This document shows, piece by piece, positions 19,673-29,237 of a stretch of DNA of 64,000 bases. Numbering within the stretch: the stretch's first letter is position 1; every line of letters starts with the position of its first letter. The notes below the pieces were generated by a model that saw nothing but the letters and a program-made list of their open reading frames with translations, had not been told where the DNA came from and searched no databases. A program made the position numbers and the translations under genes. The DNA lies in assembly GCA_963701295.1 (NCBI GenBank), contig OY969585.1, positions 64,001 to 128,000 on the forward strand, read 5' to 3'. The DNA comes from Ignavibacteriota bacterium. GTDB taxonomy: Bacteria; Bacteroidota; Ignavibacteria; UBA10030.

Positions 19673-20761
19673 TCAATGAAGAGCGAGGATGCTTCCTTTT
19701 TTCACTTGAACCGTTCCTCTTATTGGAATCCAGAAATCAGCGACGACCGGAAAGTGATCTGAAACTTTAAGAAGCGGCCGGCGAGCGTGATCAGGAACAA
19801 CATCATTCATACAAAAAAGGTAATCTAATCTCATCGTGGGTAATTCTGAACGAAATGTATAATCTCCCCAAAAATGATTCGCCATGTATGCATCGGTTGC
19901 CATGCATTGAATCTTACGCATAGGTTTTGAAGAAGGTGGCGCATTCAGGTCGCCGCCAAAAATAATCGGACCGTGAAGGCCGCGCAAATATGCGGTAAAA
20001 GTGTCGACCTCCTGCATTTGCATTGCAAGGAGATATTTTCCCCACCGCAAGTTTTCTTCAATAGTATGATTCTTCGGCCTGCCTGCGATAAACCTGATCG
20101 AGACTACATGAACATACGTTCCATCCACATTGAGAAGTGCGTGGACAAAAGAACGATGTGGATGGTGAGGAAGATCGTTGATATCGTTACTCCCCGACAA
20201 AGATGCCTCACGACTCGGAAGTTCAATTTCTTTAAAATCAATAACAGGATACAGCGAGAGAATGGCCGTGCTGTTTTGGTGGCCCATATACAGCTGCATC
20301 GGCGCAATCTTTCGTTTGACAAGAGAACAAAGACTATCTGTCAGGTCGTTTTCAGAAAGAAGAGTAACATCTGCACCAAGGGAAATAATACCATCCATTA
20401 CTTCGTTGACGCCATGGGTGTAGTACTGGACATTCAGTGCAGCAACAGTGATCTTCTTAACCGAACCAGCTGGCGGCTGGTTCCGTGGAATAAGGAATGA
20501 AAGAGAGAAATCACCAAAAGCAGCTATGTAAATGGAAGCAATAGTCAACAATGATAAGGCGATTTTTCCTTTCCCCAATAAAAATAATAAAACGACAGGT
20601 GCTACAGCGAGAGCACCAATCCACAATGCTGGAAGATAGTCTAATCCGTACAAAGCATCTTTGCTGCTGAAGGCATCGAGGTGATCGAGTGTAGAGATAA
20701 TCATAAGTATTATAATGAGTGCTGCTAGAACCCATCCCACTACCAAGAAACTGTGTTTCAT
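19673..20761 (-). CDS. Membrane-anchored endonuclease/exonuclease/phosphatase (EEP) family protein
   Basis: Three N-terminal TM segments; ALNV, LSE, GGDLNAPP, RLDYLF, SDHFPV. Confidence 0.87.
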   Translation of the reverse strand: MKHSFLVVGWVLAALIIILMIISTLDHLDAFSSKDALYGLDYLPALWIGALAVAPVVLLFLLGKGKIALSLLTIASIYIAAFGDFSLSFLIPRNQPPAGSVKKITVAALNVQYYTHGVNEVMDGIISLGADVTLLSENDLTDSLCSLVKRKIAPMQLYMGHQNSTAILSLYPVIDFKEIELPSREASLSGSNDINDLPHHPHRSFVHALLNVDGTYVHVVSIRFIAGRPKNHTIEENLRWGKYLLAMQMQEVDTFTAYLRGLHGPIIFGGDLNAPPSSKPMRKIQCMATDAYMANHFWGDYTFRSELPTMRLDYLFCMNDVVPDHARRPLLKVSDHFPVVADFWIPIRGTVQVKKGSILALH

Positions 20762-20777
20762 ATCATTTTCCTCGCAT

Positions 20778-22334
20778 TTAACGAGCTATCGCAAATTCAA
20801 TTTTCTTACGATAAGCGGTTTCAAATAATTGCTTCTTTCGATTCGCGCCCCACAATTCCAAATCCGGACAGACTTTTGACGTATGGAAAATCCAGACGCG
20901 CAGTTTTCCCTTTATTTTACGGACTTTCAATCGTTGGATATGTGAAGCATGCGAACGATCAAGACCATCAGCAATACGTAAAAGAGCTGCTAACTTTGCA
21001 ACCATTCTTCGATCTTCGATTGAGAGAAGGTTATATCCCTCATGCTTCATCTTGGGATGGCTCTTACGATGGTATCGTGCAATATTTGCTATAATCTCTT
21101 TCTCGTTTTCCGTATAACCGAGCAACTCTGCGTTTCTGATCAGATAATAGGAATGACGGTGATGTTGTGCATGCGAGACAAATAATCCTACTTCATGGAG
21201 AATCGCCGCCGCTTCTAGATATTCATATGCCTGTTCATTGAGCTTGTGGAGATATTTGGTTTGATTGAATAACTGTAGTGCCAGGTCAGTAACATGGTGC
21301 GAATGGTTTTTTTCATAATGATAATTCTCGGCTAAATGAAGAACACTGCTCCGCCGAAGATTATGGAGATAAACAGACAGCTTCTTCGTGTGCATTTTTT
21401 CGATACTGTCAAGAAGAATCCCTTCACGCAGGGAGTATTCCGATACGGTTACTTTTTTAATTCCCAAGACAAGAAATATTTGTTCAAGTATAATAGCTCC
21501 TGCAGGAAGAATATCGGCGCGTTCAGGATCAATCCCTTCGATTTCCTTCCTCTCCGTTAGTGTCGGAAAGGATAGAATATTTTTAACAGTCTCAAGTAAC
21601 TCTGTTCGTGAAAATGATACATTGTTCAGGGGAAGCTCCGTAGCTTCAGAACGATTTGCTCGTATGATATTTGCCAGAGTATTGATAGTACCAGAAGTTC
21701 CAACACAAATCCCGAATTGCTGTTTTTTTACTTCGCGAACGATCGGGACCAGAGATCCGCGTACGAATTTTCTGCATTCATCAATTGTTTTCTTGCTAAG
21801 CATACCTGATTTAAAAAACCGATCTGTTAACCGAACTGCCCCAAGTTTTAAACTATTGCTAAAGTGGATGGACCGTTTCTCCCCTATGAGAAATTCGGTG
21901 CTGCCACCGCCAATATCGATAAGTAATATGTTTTTTCGAAATACCGGCAGTGCCTGCAACACGCCCAAATAGATCAACCGAGCTTCTTCAGATCCGGAAA
22001 TAATTTCCATCCGAATTCCTGTTTCCATCTTCACGCGGCGGAGAAATTCCGGTTTATTTGTTGCCTCACGAACAGCACTGGTAGCAACCGCCCGAACATC
22101 TGCATGAAATGCATCCGCGACAGTGCGAAACCGTTTCAAGACGGCAATTCCCCGGTTCATGACAGCCTCGGTAAGATATTTCATGTCCGTCGAACCGGAG
22201 CCCAAGCGGACAACCTCTTTTTCTTTTCCAAGAATTTTAAATCGTCCAGTCACAGTATTGATTTCGGCTGCAACGAGATGGAAAGAATTTGTTCCGATAT
22301 CAATTGCGGCGAAATTTTTCTTCTGGTTTTTCAT
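20778..22334 (-). CDS. ppx: Ppx/GppA exopolyphosphatase with C-terminal HD domain
   Basis: AAIDIGTNSFHL, ATSAVREA, EEARLIY, DIGGGSTE, LREG, LRIADGLDRSH; start ATG 22334 or 22346. Confidence 0.93.
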   Translation of the reverse strand: MKNQKKNFAAIDIGTNSFHLVAAEINTVTGRFKILGKEKEVVRLGSGSTDMKYLTEAVMNRGIAVLKRFRTVADAFHADVRAVATSAVREATNKPEFLRRVKMETGIRMEIISGSEEARLIYLGVLQALPVFRKNILLIDIGGGSTEFLIGEKRSIHFSNSLKLGAVRLTDRFFKSGMLSKKTIDECRKFVRGSLVPIVREVKKQQFGICVGTSGTINTLANIIRANRSEATELPLNNVSFSRTELLETVKNILSFPTLTERKEIEGIDPERADILPAGAIILEQIFLVLGIKKVTVSEYSLREGILLDSIEKMHTKKLSVYLHNLRRSSVLHLAENYHYEKNHSHHVTDLALQLFNQTKYLHKLNEQAYEYLEAAAILHEVGLFVSHAQHHRHSYYLIRNAELLGYTENEKEIIANIARYHRKSHPKMKHEGYNLLSIEDRRMVAKLAALLRIADGLDRSHASHIQRLKVRKIKGKLRVWIFHTSKVCPDLELWGANRKKQLFETAYRKKIEFAIAR

Positions 22335-23062
22335 GATCCAGGACACTTAATATCCCCTGTTTTAATTCCCTGTTAATTTCTTCAAACGAGCGTGATGCAT
22401 CAACAACCCGGAATTTGAATTCTTTGGACATCTTGTGAAATTCAAGAAGAATACGTTTCTGGTACTCCATAAAGCTGTCGTAAAAATCATCTCCGAGATG
22501 CAGATCCATACCTGATTCCCAGTAATCCATTCCCTCGCCCGAATCTTCCTCCCAGTAACGTTTATTCAATGTCTGACTATTGATCACTCGTGGTATCAAA
22601 TCGTCAATTTGCACATGCATATAAAATATTGCATCAGGGTACTAGCGCAAAACCAAAGATTTTTCGAATCCATTGCGGGTCTGCACCACGGACCATCGAT
22701 CGAGCGAATGCAGTATAGATGTAACGGTCAGCAAGAACAATAAATCCTGCTTTCAACGCCGGGATTACTTCATGCTCAAGACGATCGGCAAAATCCGCAG
22801 CGTATAATAAACTAAACGTGTTGACGTTAAGAGTGTGACCTGACTTTGCTTCATCAATTGCATCTCCCATTAATGGCGAACGGGTCCATCCAGTTGTGGT
22901 TACTCCATGACCTTTGACTTCAAGCCATTTCTTCAATGATTCTATTTGGGTTGACCGCCCTACACCATCGGTGCCTTCAATAACAATGAGTTTTCCTTTC
23001 ATTTCATGAACGTCAATATATGGCAGTCCTGCATCATAAAACGCATGTGTTTTACGCGACAT
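22300..23062 (-). pseudogene. Thymidylate-kinase-like protein, second subunit (PPK3-like candidate); split by +1 frameshift at 22637-22639
   Basis: ORFs 22634..23062 and 22300..22620 join as ...GFALVP-DAIFYMHVQ if one C of GTA CCC TGA is skipped; P-loop GTDGVGRST; paralogous to 23052..23765. Confidence 0.8.
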
Positions 23063-23765
23063 ATATGTTCTCCTTTTTTTCCAGGAAAGGTGTGGGCTGA
23101 CACTCTTTCAACCTCTCTTCAACGATCCCGCGAATCATTGTCTGTTGTTTTTGAATTGGGAGAGTAGCATCGATGACCGTCAACCCAAATTCTGCTGCGA
23201 TCCTGTCATATTCTTCAAGTATTTTTGATTGAAACAGCCGAAAACTTTCCTTCGGATCTTCGCTGAGACCCAGATCCATTCCGGCTTCATGAAATTTTAA
23301 TTCCACCCTGCCGGTTAATATGCGTTTGAGGGATATATCGATTGGTACTTTAAAGTAAAATCCGATATCTGGCTTGACGGCAAATCCGTACAGATTGCGC
23401 ACCCATTCCGGATGAACGCCGCGCACAACATCGCGAGCAAAAGCCGTATAGATATACCGATCTGCACAGACAATCATTCCTGCTTTCATCGGAGGTATGA
23501 TCAGGTGCATCAAGCGGTCGGCAAAGTCCGTCGCATGGAGAATAGAAAATGTTGTCGGTGTGAGGAGATTTTTCTTTTTCCCGTGTTTAATCGTTTCTTT
23601 TACTAATGCCGATGAGTTCCATTCCGTAAAAAGGACTCGGTACTTTGAATTCAAAAGCCATTTGTGCAATAGTTGCAATTGCGTCGACTTACCGGATCCA
23701 TCGATCCCTTCGACAATAATCAGACGGCCTGGCAATTGGTGTTGCTGTTCAAAAATTCGGGACAT
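23052..23765 (-). CDS. Thymidylate-kinase-like P-loop kinase, first subunit (PPK3-like candidate)
   Basis: VEGIDGSGKSTQ, ADRY..TAFARD, EAGMDLGL. Confidence 0.85.
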   Translation of the reverse strand: MSRIFEQQHQLPGRLIIVEGIDGSGKSTQLQLLHKWLLNSKYRVLFTEWNSSALVKETIKHGKKKNLLTPTTFSILHATDFADRLMHLIIPPMKAGMIVCADRYIYTAFARDVVRGVHPEWVRNLYGFAVKPDIGFYFKVPIDISLKRILTGRVELKFHEAGMDLGLSEDPKESFRLFQSKILEEYDRIAAEFGLTVIDATLPIQKQQTMIRGIVEERLKECQPTPFLEKKENIYVA

Positions 23766-23780
23766 TAATTATTCTTTCTG

Positions 23781-24278
23781 TTATGCCATTAATCGTAACT
23801 GTTTTGGTGTAAGGTGCCAGAGCAATACTCCATCCCGGCGCGATGGGATCATCGTCACCTCGATGCAGCAAAGAGAGCCTTTCTTGAATTCGATGATTGA
23901 CGATTTTTTCCCAAGTAATGCAGATGCAAAATAAGAGAGATCCGGCTCATGTCCCACAATCATTATACTATTCAGCTTTTTAAATTTTACCATATAGGCG
24001 AGAAGATTATTTAATGAACTTCCCGGAGCAAGTTCATTACATATTTGAAGTTTTGACTCCACGTTTAATGCTTTTGCTACAATCTCTGCAGTGTCTACAG
24101 CACGCACTAATGGACTTGTAAGAATAATGTCAACATAATCGACGATACGTATAATTCCCTTTGCACCTTTTAGCATCTTCTCAATCCCCTCTTCTGTAAG
24201 CGGACGATCGTCACGGGGGAATAGTTTGACACCGCGTGGTGCCGCAATTGCATGACGAAGAATATATACCAGCATCAA
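23781..24278 (-). CDS. sixA: Phosphohistidine phosphatase SixA
   Basis: LRHAIA, DRPLTEEG, TSPLVRA, VGHEPD. Confidence 0.9.
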   Translation of the reverse strand: MMLVYILRHAIAAPRGVKLFPRDDRPLTEEGIEKMLKGAKGIIRIVDYVDIILTSPLVRAVDTAEIVAKALNVESKLQICNELAPGSSLNNLLAYMVKFKKLNSIMIVGHEPDLSYFASALLGKKSSIIEFKKGSLCCIEVTMIPSRRDGVLLWHLTPKQLRLMA

Positions 24279-24373
24279 TCATCCTTGGCAAATGGTTATT
24301 GGATCAAGTCCACAAATACGGTTTGTTGTATTTCTATTCGATTATAAAATAAGAGAACATTCTCTTGCTTTCG

Positions 24374-24411
24374 GCTAATTTTCTGTTAACAAAATATTAT
24401 CAAAATGTAAC
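24374..24411 (-). promoter_or_regulatory. Pho-box-like array upstream of sixA-kinase-ppx operon
   Basis: Minus GTTAC ATTTTG ATAAT ATTTTG TTAAC AGAAAA TTAGC, exact 11-bp period; TATAAT at 24346-24341. Confidence 0.72.
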
Positions 24412-24556
24412 ATTCACGATAACGCGCAGCGTGGTCAGGAATGAACTGACAAGATGGACAGGAGTAGTTATAGATAATGCAACCGCTCAGCTTAGCATAG
24501 ATAATAGGCAAGCGGTATGTGGGTATATCGGCAAAAAAACCTTTAAAAAAAATGCA

Positions 24557-25483
24557 TCACGAAAAAGCCATAGAACTTTCCGTTGAGGTAGGAACTGGAT
24601 CCAGAGAATCGACACGGCGCAACTTATTGCGCTGGCCAATCTCGCTCGGATACACACGCTTGATACCGTCGCCAAGTGCATGTTCGATATCACGAATATT
24701 TTGAACAAGACGAATAAGACCGCCTATTTCCACCGAAGCAGCTTGATCACTTCCCCACATTGCTCGATCAAGTGTGATATGTCGCTCAATAAATGTTGCA
24801 CCCAGTGCAACAGCCGCCCATGTAGGTGATAAACCTGTTTCATGGCCTGAATAACCGATAGGATTGTTCGGATATTTTTCATGTAGTGTATGAATCATCC
24901 GAAGATTAATTTCATGGGGAGGACAAGGATATGTTGATGTCGTATGGGCGATTAAAAGATTTTCGAGTCCCAGACGATGGAAGACTTTATCAATCTCATT
25001 CATTGTTGACATACCGGTAGAGATGATCAACGGCTTGCCTGTAGATTTCATCTTACGAAGAAGTTCAACATCTGTGAGCGAGGCAGAAGGTGCTTTATAA
25101 CATGGAACGGTATATTGTTCCATAAAATCGACGGAGTCTTCATCCCAGCATGATGCGAACCAGGCGATTCCGCGCGCACGGCAGTACTGATCGATCTCGT
25201 CATATTGTTCCTTCCCGAATTCCATCCTATGGCGGTAGTTGATATATGTCATGCGCCCCCAAGGTGTATCGCGCTCGACATTCCATTGATCTAATGGAAC
25301 ACATTTTACAGGAGTTCGTTTTTGAAATTTGACCGCATCACATCCTGCAAGGAATGCAGCATCGATGAGCTTCTTCGCTAATTCGAGCGACCCATTGTGG
25401 TTGATGCCGATTTCAGCGATGACATACACCGGCTGATGAGTTCCGATGAATTTATCTCCAATTCTCATAACATTGGAATTCAT
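24557..25483 (-). CDS. neuB: NeuB-family PEP-dependent ulosonic acid synthase, short form without SAF domain
   Basis: IAEIGINHNG, VKFQKR, ISTGMS, GYSGHE, IERHITLDRAMWGSDQAAS; 308 aa. Confidence 0.9.
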   Translation of the reverse strand: MNSNVMRIGDKFIGTHQPVYVIAEIGINHNGSLELAKKLIDAAFLAGCDAVKFQKRTPVKCVPLDQWNVERDTPWGRMTYINYRHRMEFGKEQYDEIDQYCRARGIAWFASCWDEDSVDFMEQYTVPCYKAPSASLTDVELLRKMKSTGKPLIISTGMSTMNEIDKVFHRLGLENLLIAHTTSTYPCPPHEINLRMIHTLHEKYPNNPIGYSGHETGLSPTWAAVALGATFIERHITLDRAMWGSDQAASVEIGGLIRLVQNIRDIEHALGDGIKRVYPSEIGQRNKLRRVDSLDPVPTSTESSMAFS

Positions 25484-26106
25484 ACTTTCTCCTCTGAAAG
25501 ATTCAGCAATTGAATCATCTGTTTCACCGTTGGGTTTTCTGCGGAGCGAAGATCAAGAATCCAATCTGAAAACTCTCGAAAGGCACCTTGGCCTCCATTT
25601 GCTCTGCATACATAATGTGCGAAGAAGCGTACAGAAGGAATCGCATCGCCGGGAACGGCAGTGAGACTCATCTCATACAGTTCAGACATAACATCGGCAT
25701 CATTCACATCATCTCCGATGTATGCAATAGCATCCAGTGGAATTTTATGATGATTTGAAAGAGTTAGTATTCGCTCAAGTTTATCTTTCACACCGAGATA
25801 TACATGCGTAATGCACAGTTTATCAGCACGCTGTTGCACGCTCCGTGATACCTCTCCCGAAATGATTCCTGTCTCAATTCCTGCATTTCGCAATCGAGCC
25901 ACTCCCATACCGTCACGGATAGAAAATCGTTTCATTACCTCACCCTGATCGGAATAGTAAACGCCGCCATCTGTCAACACACCATCACAATCGCTTAATA
26001 ACAGCTGTATGCGATTTGCACGTCTTCTTTGCACACTTCCATGTAACGGTAAAGCAACGTATGTTGTTCTTTTTTCCATGAATTTCTTCACTACCAGATT
26101 GTCCAT
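25480..26106 (-). CDS. kdsC: KdsC/YrbI-family HAD phosphatase (Kdo-8-P/Kdn-9-P phosphatase-like)
   Basis: LSDCDGVLTDG, RDGMG, YIGDDVND, GGQGAFRE; start 26106 or 26079. Confidence 0.88.
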   Translation of the reverse strand: MDNLVVKKFMEKRTTYVALPLHGSVQRRRANRIQLLLSDCDGVLTDGGVYYSDQGEVMKRFSIRDGMGVARLRNAGIETGIISGEVSRSVQQRADKLCITHVYLGVKDKLERILTLSNHHKIPLDAIAYIGDDVNDADVMSELYEMSLTAVPGDAIPSVRFFAHYVCRANGGQGAFREFSDWILDLRSAENPTVKQMIQLLNLSEEKV

Positions 26107-26909
26107 CCGCCATCTACGACTAAATTTGCACCTGTCATATACTGGGATGCGTCGCTCGCAAGAAAAACAATTGCACCTCTATAATCATTTGGATGTGCCA
26201 TACGCTGCAAAGGTGTTTTCGCGGAATATTTTTCGATAAAAAATTCTTCCTGCCCATTTTCAACTCCACCTGGTGAAAGGGCATTCACTCGAATGCCTTT
26301 GCCTCCCCAATATGCAGCCAAGTATTTTGTCAAAGCAAGTACTGCACCTTTCGTTGTAGGATATGCGGGCGATTTGAACATCATTCGTGTGCCATCGGAG
26401 CGAACATAGAGCGACTGGTCCGGTGCAACCATTCCATAGGTTGATGCAATATTGATAATATTTCCGCCGCCATTTTCAACCATGAGCGAACCAAATATTT
26501 TGCAGCATAAAAAAAGCCCGGTTACATTAACTTCCAAAGTTTGTTTCCATATAGGGAGCGGAAAGAATTCAAAGCTTGAATAATCCACTGTGCCATCGCG
26601 CTGTTCGACTTTATCATTGATCGCAGCATTGTTGACCAGAATATTGATCCTGCCAAATTGTTTCAGCAGCATTTCGCGAACGCCACACAATGATCCTTCA
26701 TCGGTAATATCCATCGCACAACCAACAGCTATGATATGGTATTCCAGGGAAAGATCTCTGGCAAATGCTTCGCATCCCTCCTGATCCACATCAGTCAAAA
26801 CGATATGCGCACCGGCTTGAGCAAGCGCATCACAATGCTGTCTGCCAAGCAGGCCTAATGCGCCTGTTACCAATGCCACTTTATCTTCCAATGAAAAGAG
26901 TGAATTCAT
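26091..26909 (-). CDS. SDR-family oxidoreductase
   Basis: TGALGLLG, LVNNAA, NIASTYG, YPTTK, VNALSPGG, VDGG. Confidence 0.92.
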   Translation of the reverse strand: MNSLFSLEDKVALVTGALGLLGRQHCDALAQAGAHIVLTDVDQEGCEAFARDLSLEYHIIAVGCAMDITDEGSLCGVREMLLKQFGRINILVNNAAINDKVEQRDGTVDYSSFEFFPLPIWKQTLEVNVTGLFLCCKIFGSLMVENGGGNIINIASTYGMVAPDQSLYVRSDGTRMMFKSPAYPTTKGAVLALTKYLAAYWGGKGIRVNALSPGGVENGQEEFFIEKYSAKTPLQRMAHPNDYRGAIVFLASDASQYMTGANLVVDGGWTIW

Positions 26910-28255
26910 TTTTTGTCACCGAGTACTATTTTTGGTTTAGTATGAAAGTTATTGGTCTTCCGAAAAACAGGTTCTACCACATCACCACGAAGAGATTTTA
27001 GCACCCTGTTTTCTTCTACTGCTCGTTTTGCAATTTTAAGTACTTCATTATACACTTCCAGGGTATATTCAATATCTTCATCGGTGTGAGAGTAAGAGAT
27101 GTTATGGAATCCGCTCCATAAAATGCCTCTTTTGAAGAACTCCTGTTGGATAAGCGATTTCAATGCTAGCGGAGTATTGACGGATGGATCAAATGTAAGC
27201 ATTGTTCGGCAGTCAAATCCTTGGCAACTTATAAAATCAACACCCGCTTCATTCAGAATTGTTTCAAGACCGTTGCGCAACTTTTTACCTTGTGCTGCGA
27301 GATATTGGGGAACAAGGTGAGCTAGCATTTCGAGAAGAGTTGCTTTTGCTGCTGCAAGGGAAAGAGCCTCGCCGCCAAATGTCGTAAAGAAGAACACATC
27401 CTTTTCAAGCAATTGCATTACATCGGCGCGCCCAGTCAGAACCGAAAGCGGCATGCCGTTGGCAATTGCCTTAGAAAAAACGGCTAGATCTGCTCTTACA
27501 CCGAAGTATTCCTGAGCACCGCCAAGTGCTAAGCGAAACCCTGTCCACATCTCATCAAAAATTAATAACGTCCCTTTTTGTTCGCAAATATCCTTTAATT
27601 GATGAAGAAAATTTTCTTTTGGGTTTTCAAACATAACGGGCTCGAGAATTACGCATGCGGTATCGTTATCGATCGAATCAATGACCGAGCCGATGTCATT
27701 GTAATTGAATGTGTGCGTGAGTTTTGCTATCTCCTTCGGAATTCCTCTGTTGCGATTTGTTATACTAATGAACCAATCATGCCAGCCATGATATCCGCAA
27801 CAGAGAATTTTTCTCTTCCCTGTAAAAGCACGTGCCAATCGAATTGCGGCACTTGCGACGTCGGCGCCGGTTTTACTGAAACGCACCATTTCTGCATTTG
27901 GCACAAGTGAGCAGATAAACTCTGCAACCTCTACCTCCAACGGATGCATCATGGAAAATGTTATTCCGCTCTTCAGTTGCTCAATGATTGCTTCATCGAC
28001 AGCAGGGTAACAATATCCGAGTGAGAGCGGACCAATACCCATATTATAGTCGATGAACTCATTTCCATCTACATCCCAAACATGTGAACCCTTGCCGCGC
28101 AGGAGATATTTGGGAGCGACACCTTTTATATATTGTCCCGGACCCTTTGCGAGCGTTTGTGTCTGCGAAGGAATAAGCCGTACAGCGCGTTTATACAATT
28201 TATTCGATTGAGTAATATCTGGATATTTTTCGTTGTTTTGCACTTTGTTTGCCAT
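26906..28255 (-). CDS. Class III PLP aminotransferase (glutamate-1-semialdehyde aminomutase-like)
   Basis: WDVDGNEFID, RFSKTG, YHGWHD, LIFDEMWTGFR, FSKAIANG, TTFGGE. Confidence 0.9.
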   Translation of the reverse strand: MANKVQNNEKYPDITQSNKLYKRAVRLIPSQTQTLAKGPGQYIKGVAPKYLLRGKGSHVWDVDGNEFIDYNMGIGPLSLGYCYPAVDEAIIEQLKSGITFSMMHPLEVEVAEFICSLVPNAEMVRFSKTGADVASAAIRLARAFTGKRKILCCGYHGWHDWFISITNRNRGIPKEIAKLTHTFNYNDIGSVIDSIDNDTACVILEPVMFENPKENFLHQLKDICEQKGTLLIFDEMWTGFRLALGGAQEYFGVRADLAVFSKAIANGMPLSVLTGRADVMQLLEKDVFFFTTFGGEALSLAAAKATLLEMLAHLVPQYLAAQGKKLRNGLETILNEAGVDFISCQGFDCRTMLTFDPSVNTPLALKSLIQQEFFKRGILWSGFHNISYSHTDEDIEYTLEVYNEVLKIAKRAVEENRVLKSLRGDVVEPVFRKTNNFHTKPKIVLGDKK

Positions 28256-28315
28256 GCCAATCCTTTTTCAACAAATTGATTGTATAAAGAGTGAAGTCAA
28301 TTGATGCTTGAATAC

Positions 28316-29236
28316 TCATTGATGTTTCCGATTCATCGACGTAAGTTTGGCAAGAATTTGCAGAGAAAGTTGTTCACCGGAAAATTCTTCTTGTTCGAGC
28401 ACATCCGGCAGCAAGCCGGGTGTAAACCATCGATCCTCCAGTGCAATCGGCAGTACTTGTGCCATTGTCTGATATCTAACAAGGATCTCACTAAGAATAC
28501 TAAACAAGCCTCCGGTTAGAAAATGATCTTCAACTGTCACGAGCAACTGCGTTTCTCGAGCAGCTCTTATGATTGCGGACTCATCGATTGGCTGAAGACT
28601 GCGAAGATTGATAAGACGAACAGACACGCCCGACTTTTCGAGTTGCTCCCGAGCAATAAATGCTTGTTCCAATAAAAAACCATATGTCAATATTGCTACA
28701 TCGAAGCCATCGGTAATCGTCTCGGACACTCCAAATGCAAACGGTACAAAATGCTTGATCACTAATGGGCGAGCATTAAAACGGACATAGCAGGGATTTT
28801 TGCTTTGGACCACATGACTCAGTCCGTCGACAAGTTCGTCAGCATCAGCGGGACAGAATATCTGCATAGATGGAATCGAACGCATCAGTGCGATATCTTC
28901 AATCGCTTGATGAGTCGGACCATTGCCATCAGAAAGAAATCCTGGAACCGCCCCTATTAATTTTACAGGTAATTTTGGGATTCCAACATCTGTTCGGATA
29001 AATTCAAATGCGCGCATGGTAAGAAACGTTGCCAAGGCATGAACTATCGGAATTCTGCCGCGCAGTGCAAGACCTGCCGCCGCTCCGACCATCGTTTGTT
29101 CTGCAATGCCAAAATCCATAAACCGCTTCCCGAGCAACTGAGGAAGAGATCGAATGGCTGCGCGATTCTCAGCCGTAAGGATCATTAAATTGGAATTTTG
29201 TGCGCACAAATGTGCAAGCTTTTCTTCGTAGGTCAT
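28316..29236 (-). CDS. Transketolase-like C-terminal (pyrimidine-binding) subunit
   Basis: DFGIAEQTMVG, GPTHQAIED, VEDHFLTGGL. Confidence 0.88.
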   Translation of the reverse strand: MTYEEKLAHLCAQNSNLMILTAENRAAIRSLPQLLGKRFMDFGIAEQTMVGAAAGLALRGRIPIVHALATFLTMRAFEFIRTDVGIPKLPVKLIGAVPGFLSDGNGPTHQAIEDIALMRSIPSMQIFCPADADELVDGLSHVVQSKNPCYVRFNARPLVIKHFVPFAFGVSETITDGFDVAILTYGFLLEQAFIAREQLEKSGVSVRLINLRSLQPIDESAIIRAARETQLLVTVEDHFLTGGLFSILSEILVRYQTMAQVLPIALEDRWFTPGLLPDVLEQEEFSGEQLSLQILAKLTSMNRKHQ

Positions 29237-29237
29237 C

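Noticed and set aside
23052-23765. Calling the kinases tmk (housekeeping thymidylate kinase)
   Set aside because: Tandem paralogues with one altered P-loop inside a sixA/ppx operon argue against the housekeeping enzyme
26906-28255. Calling the aminotransferase hemL
   Set aside because: Fold is similar but it is embedded in a sugar operon with no tetrapyrrole genes
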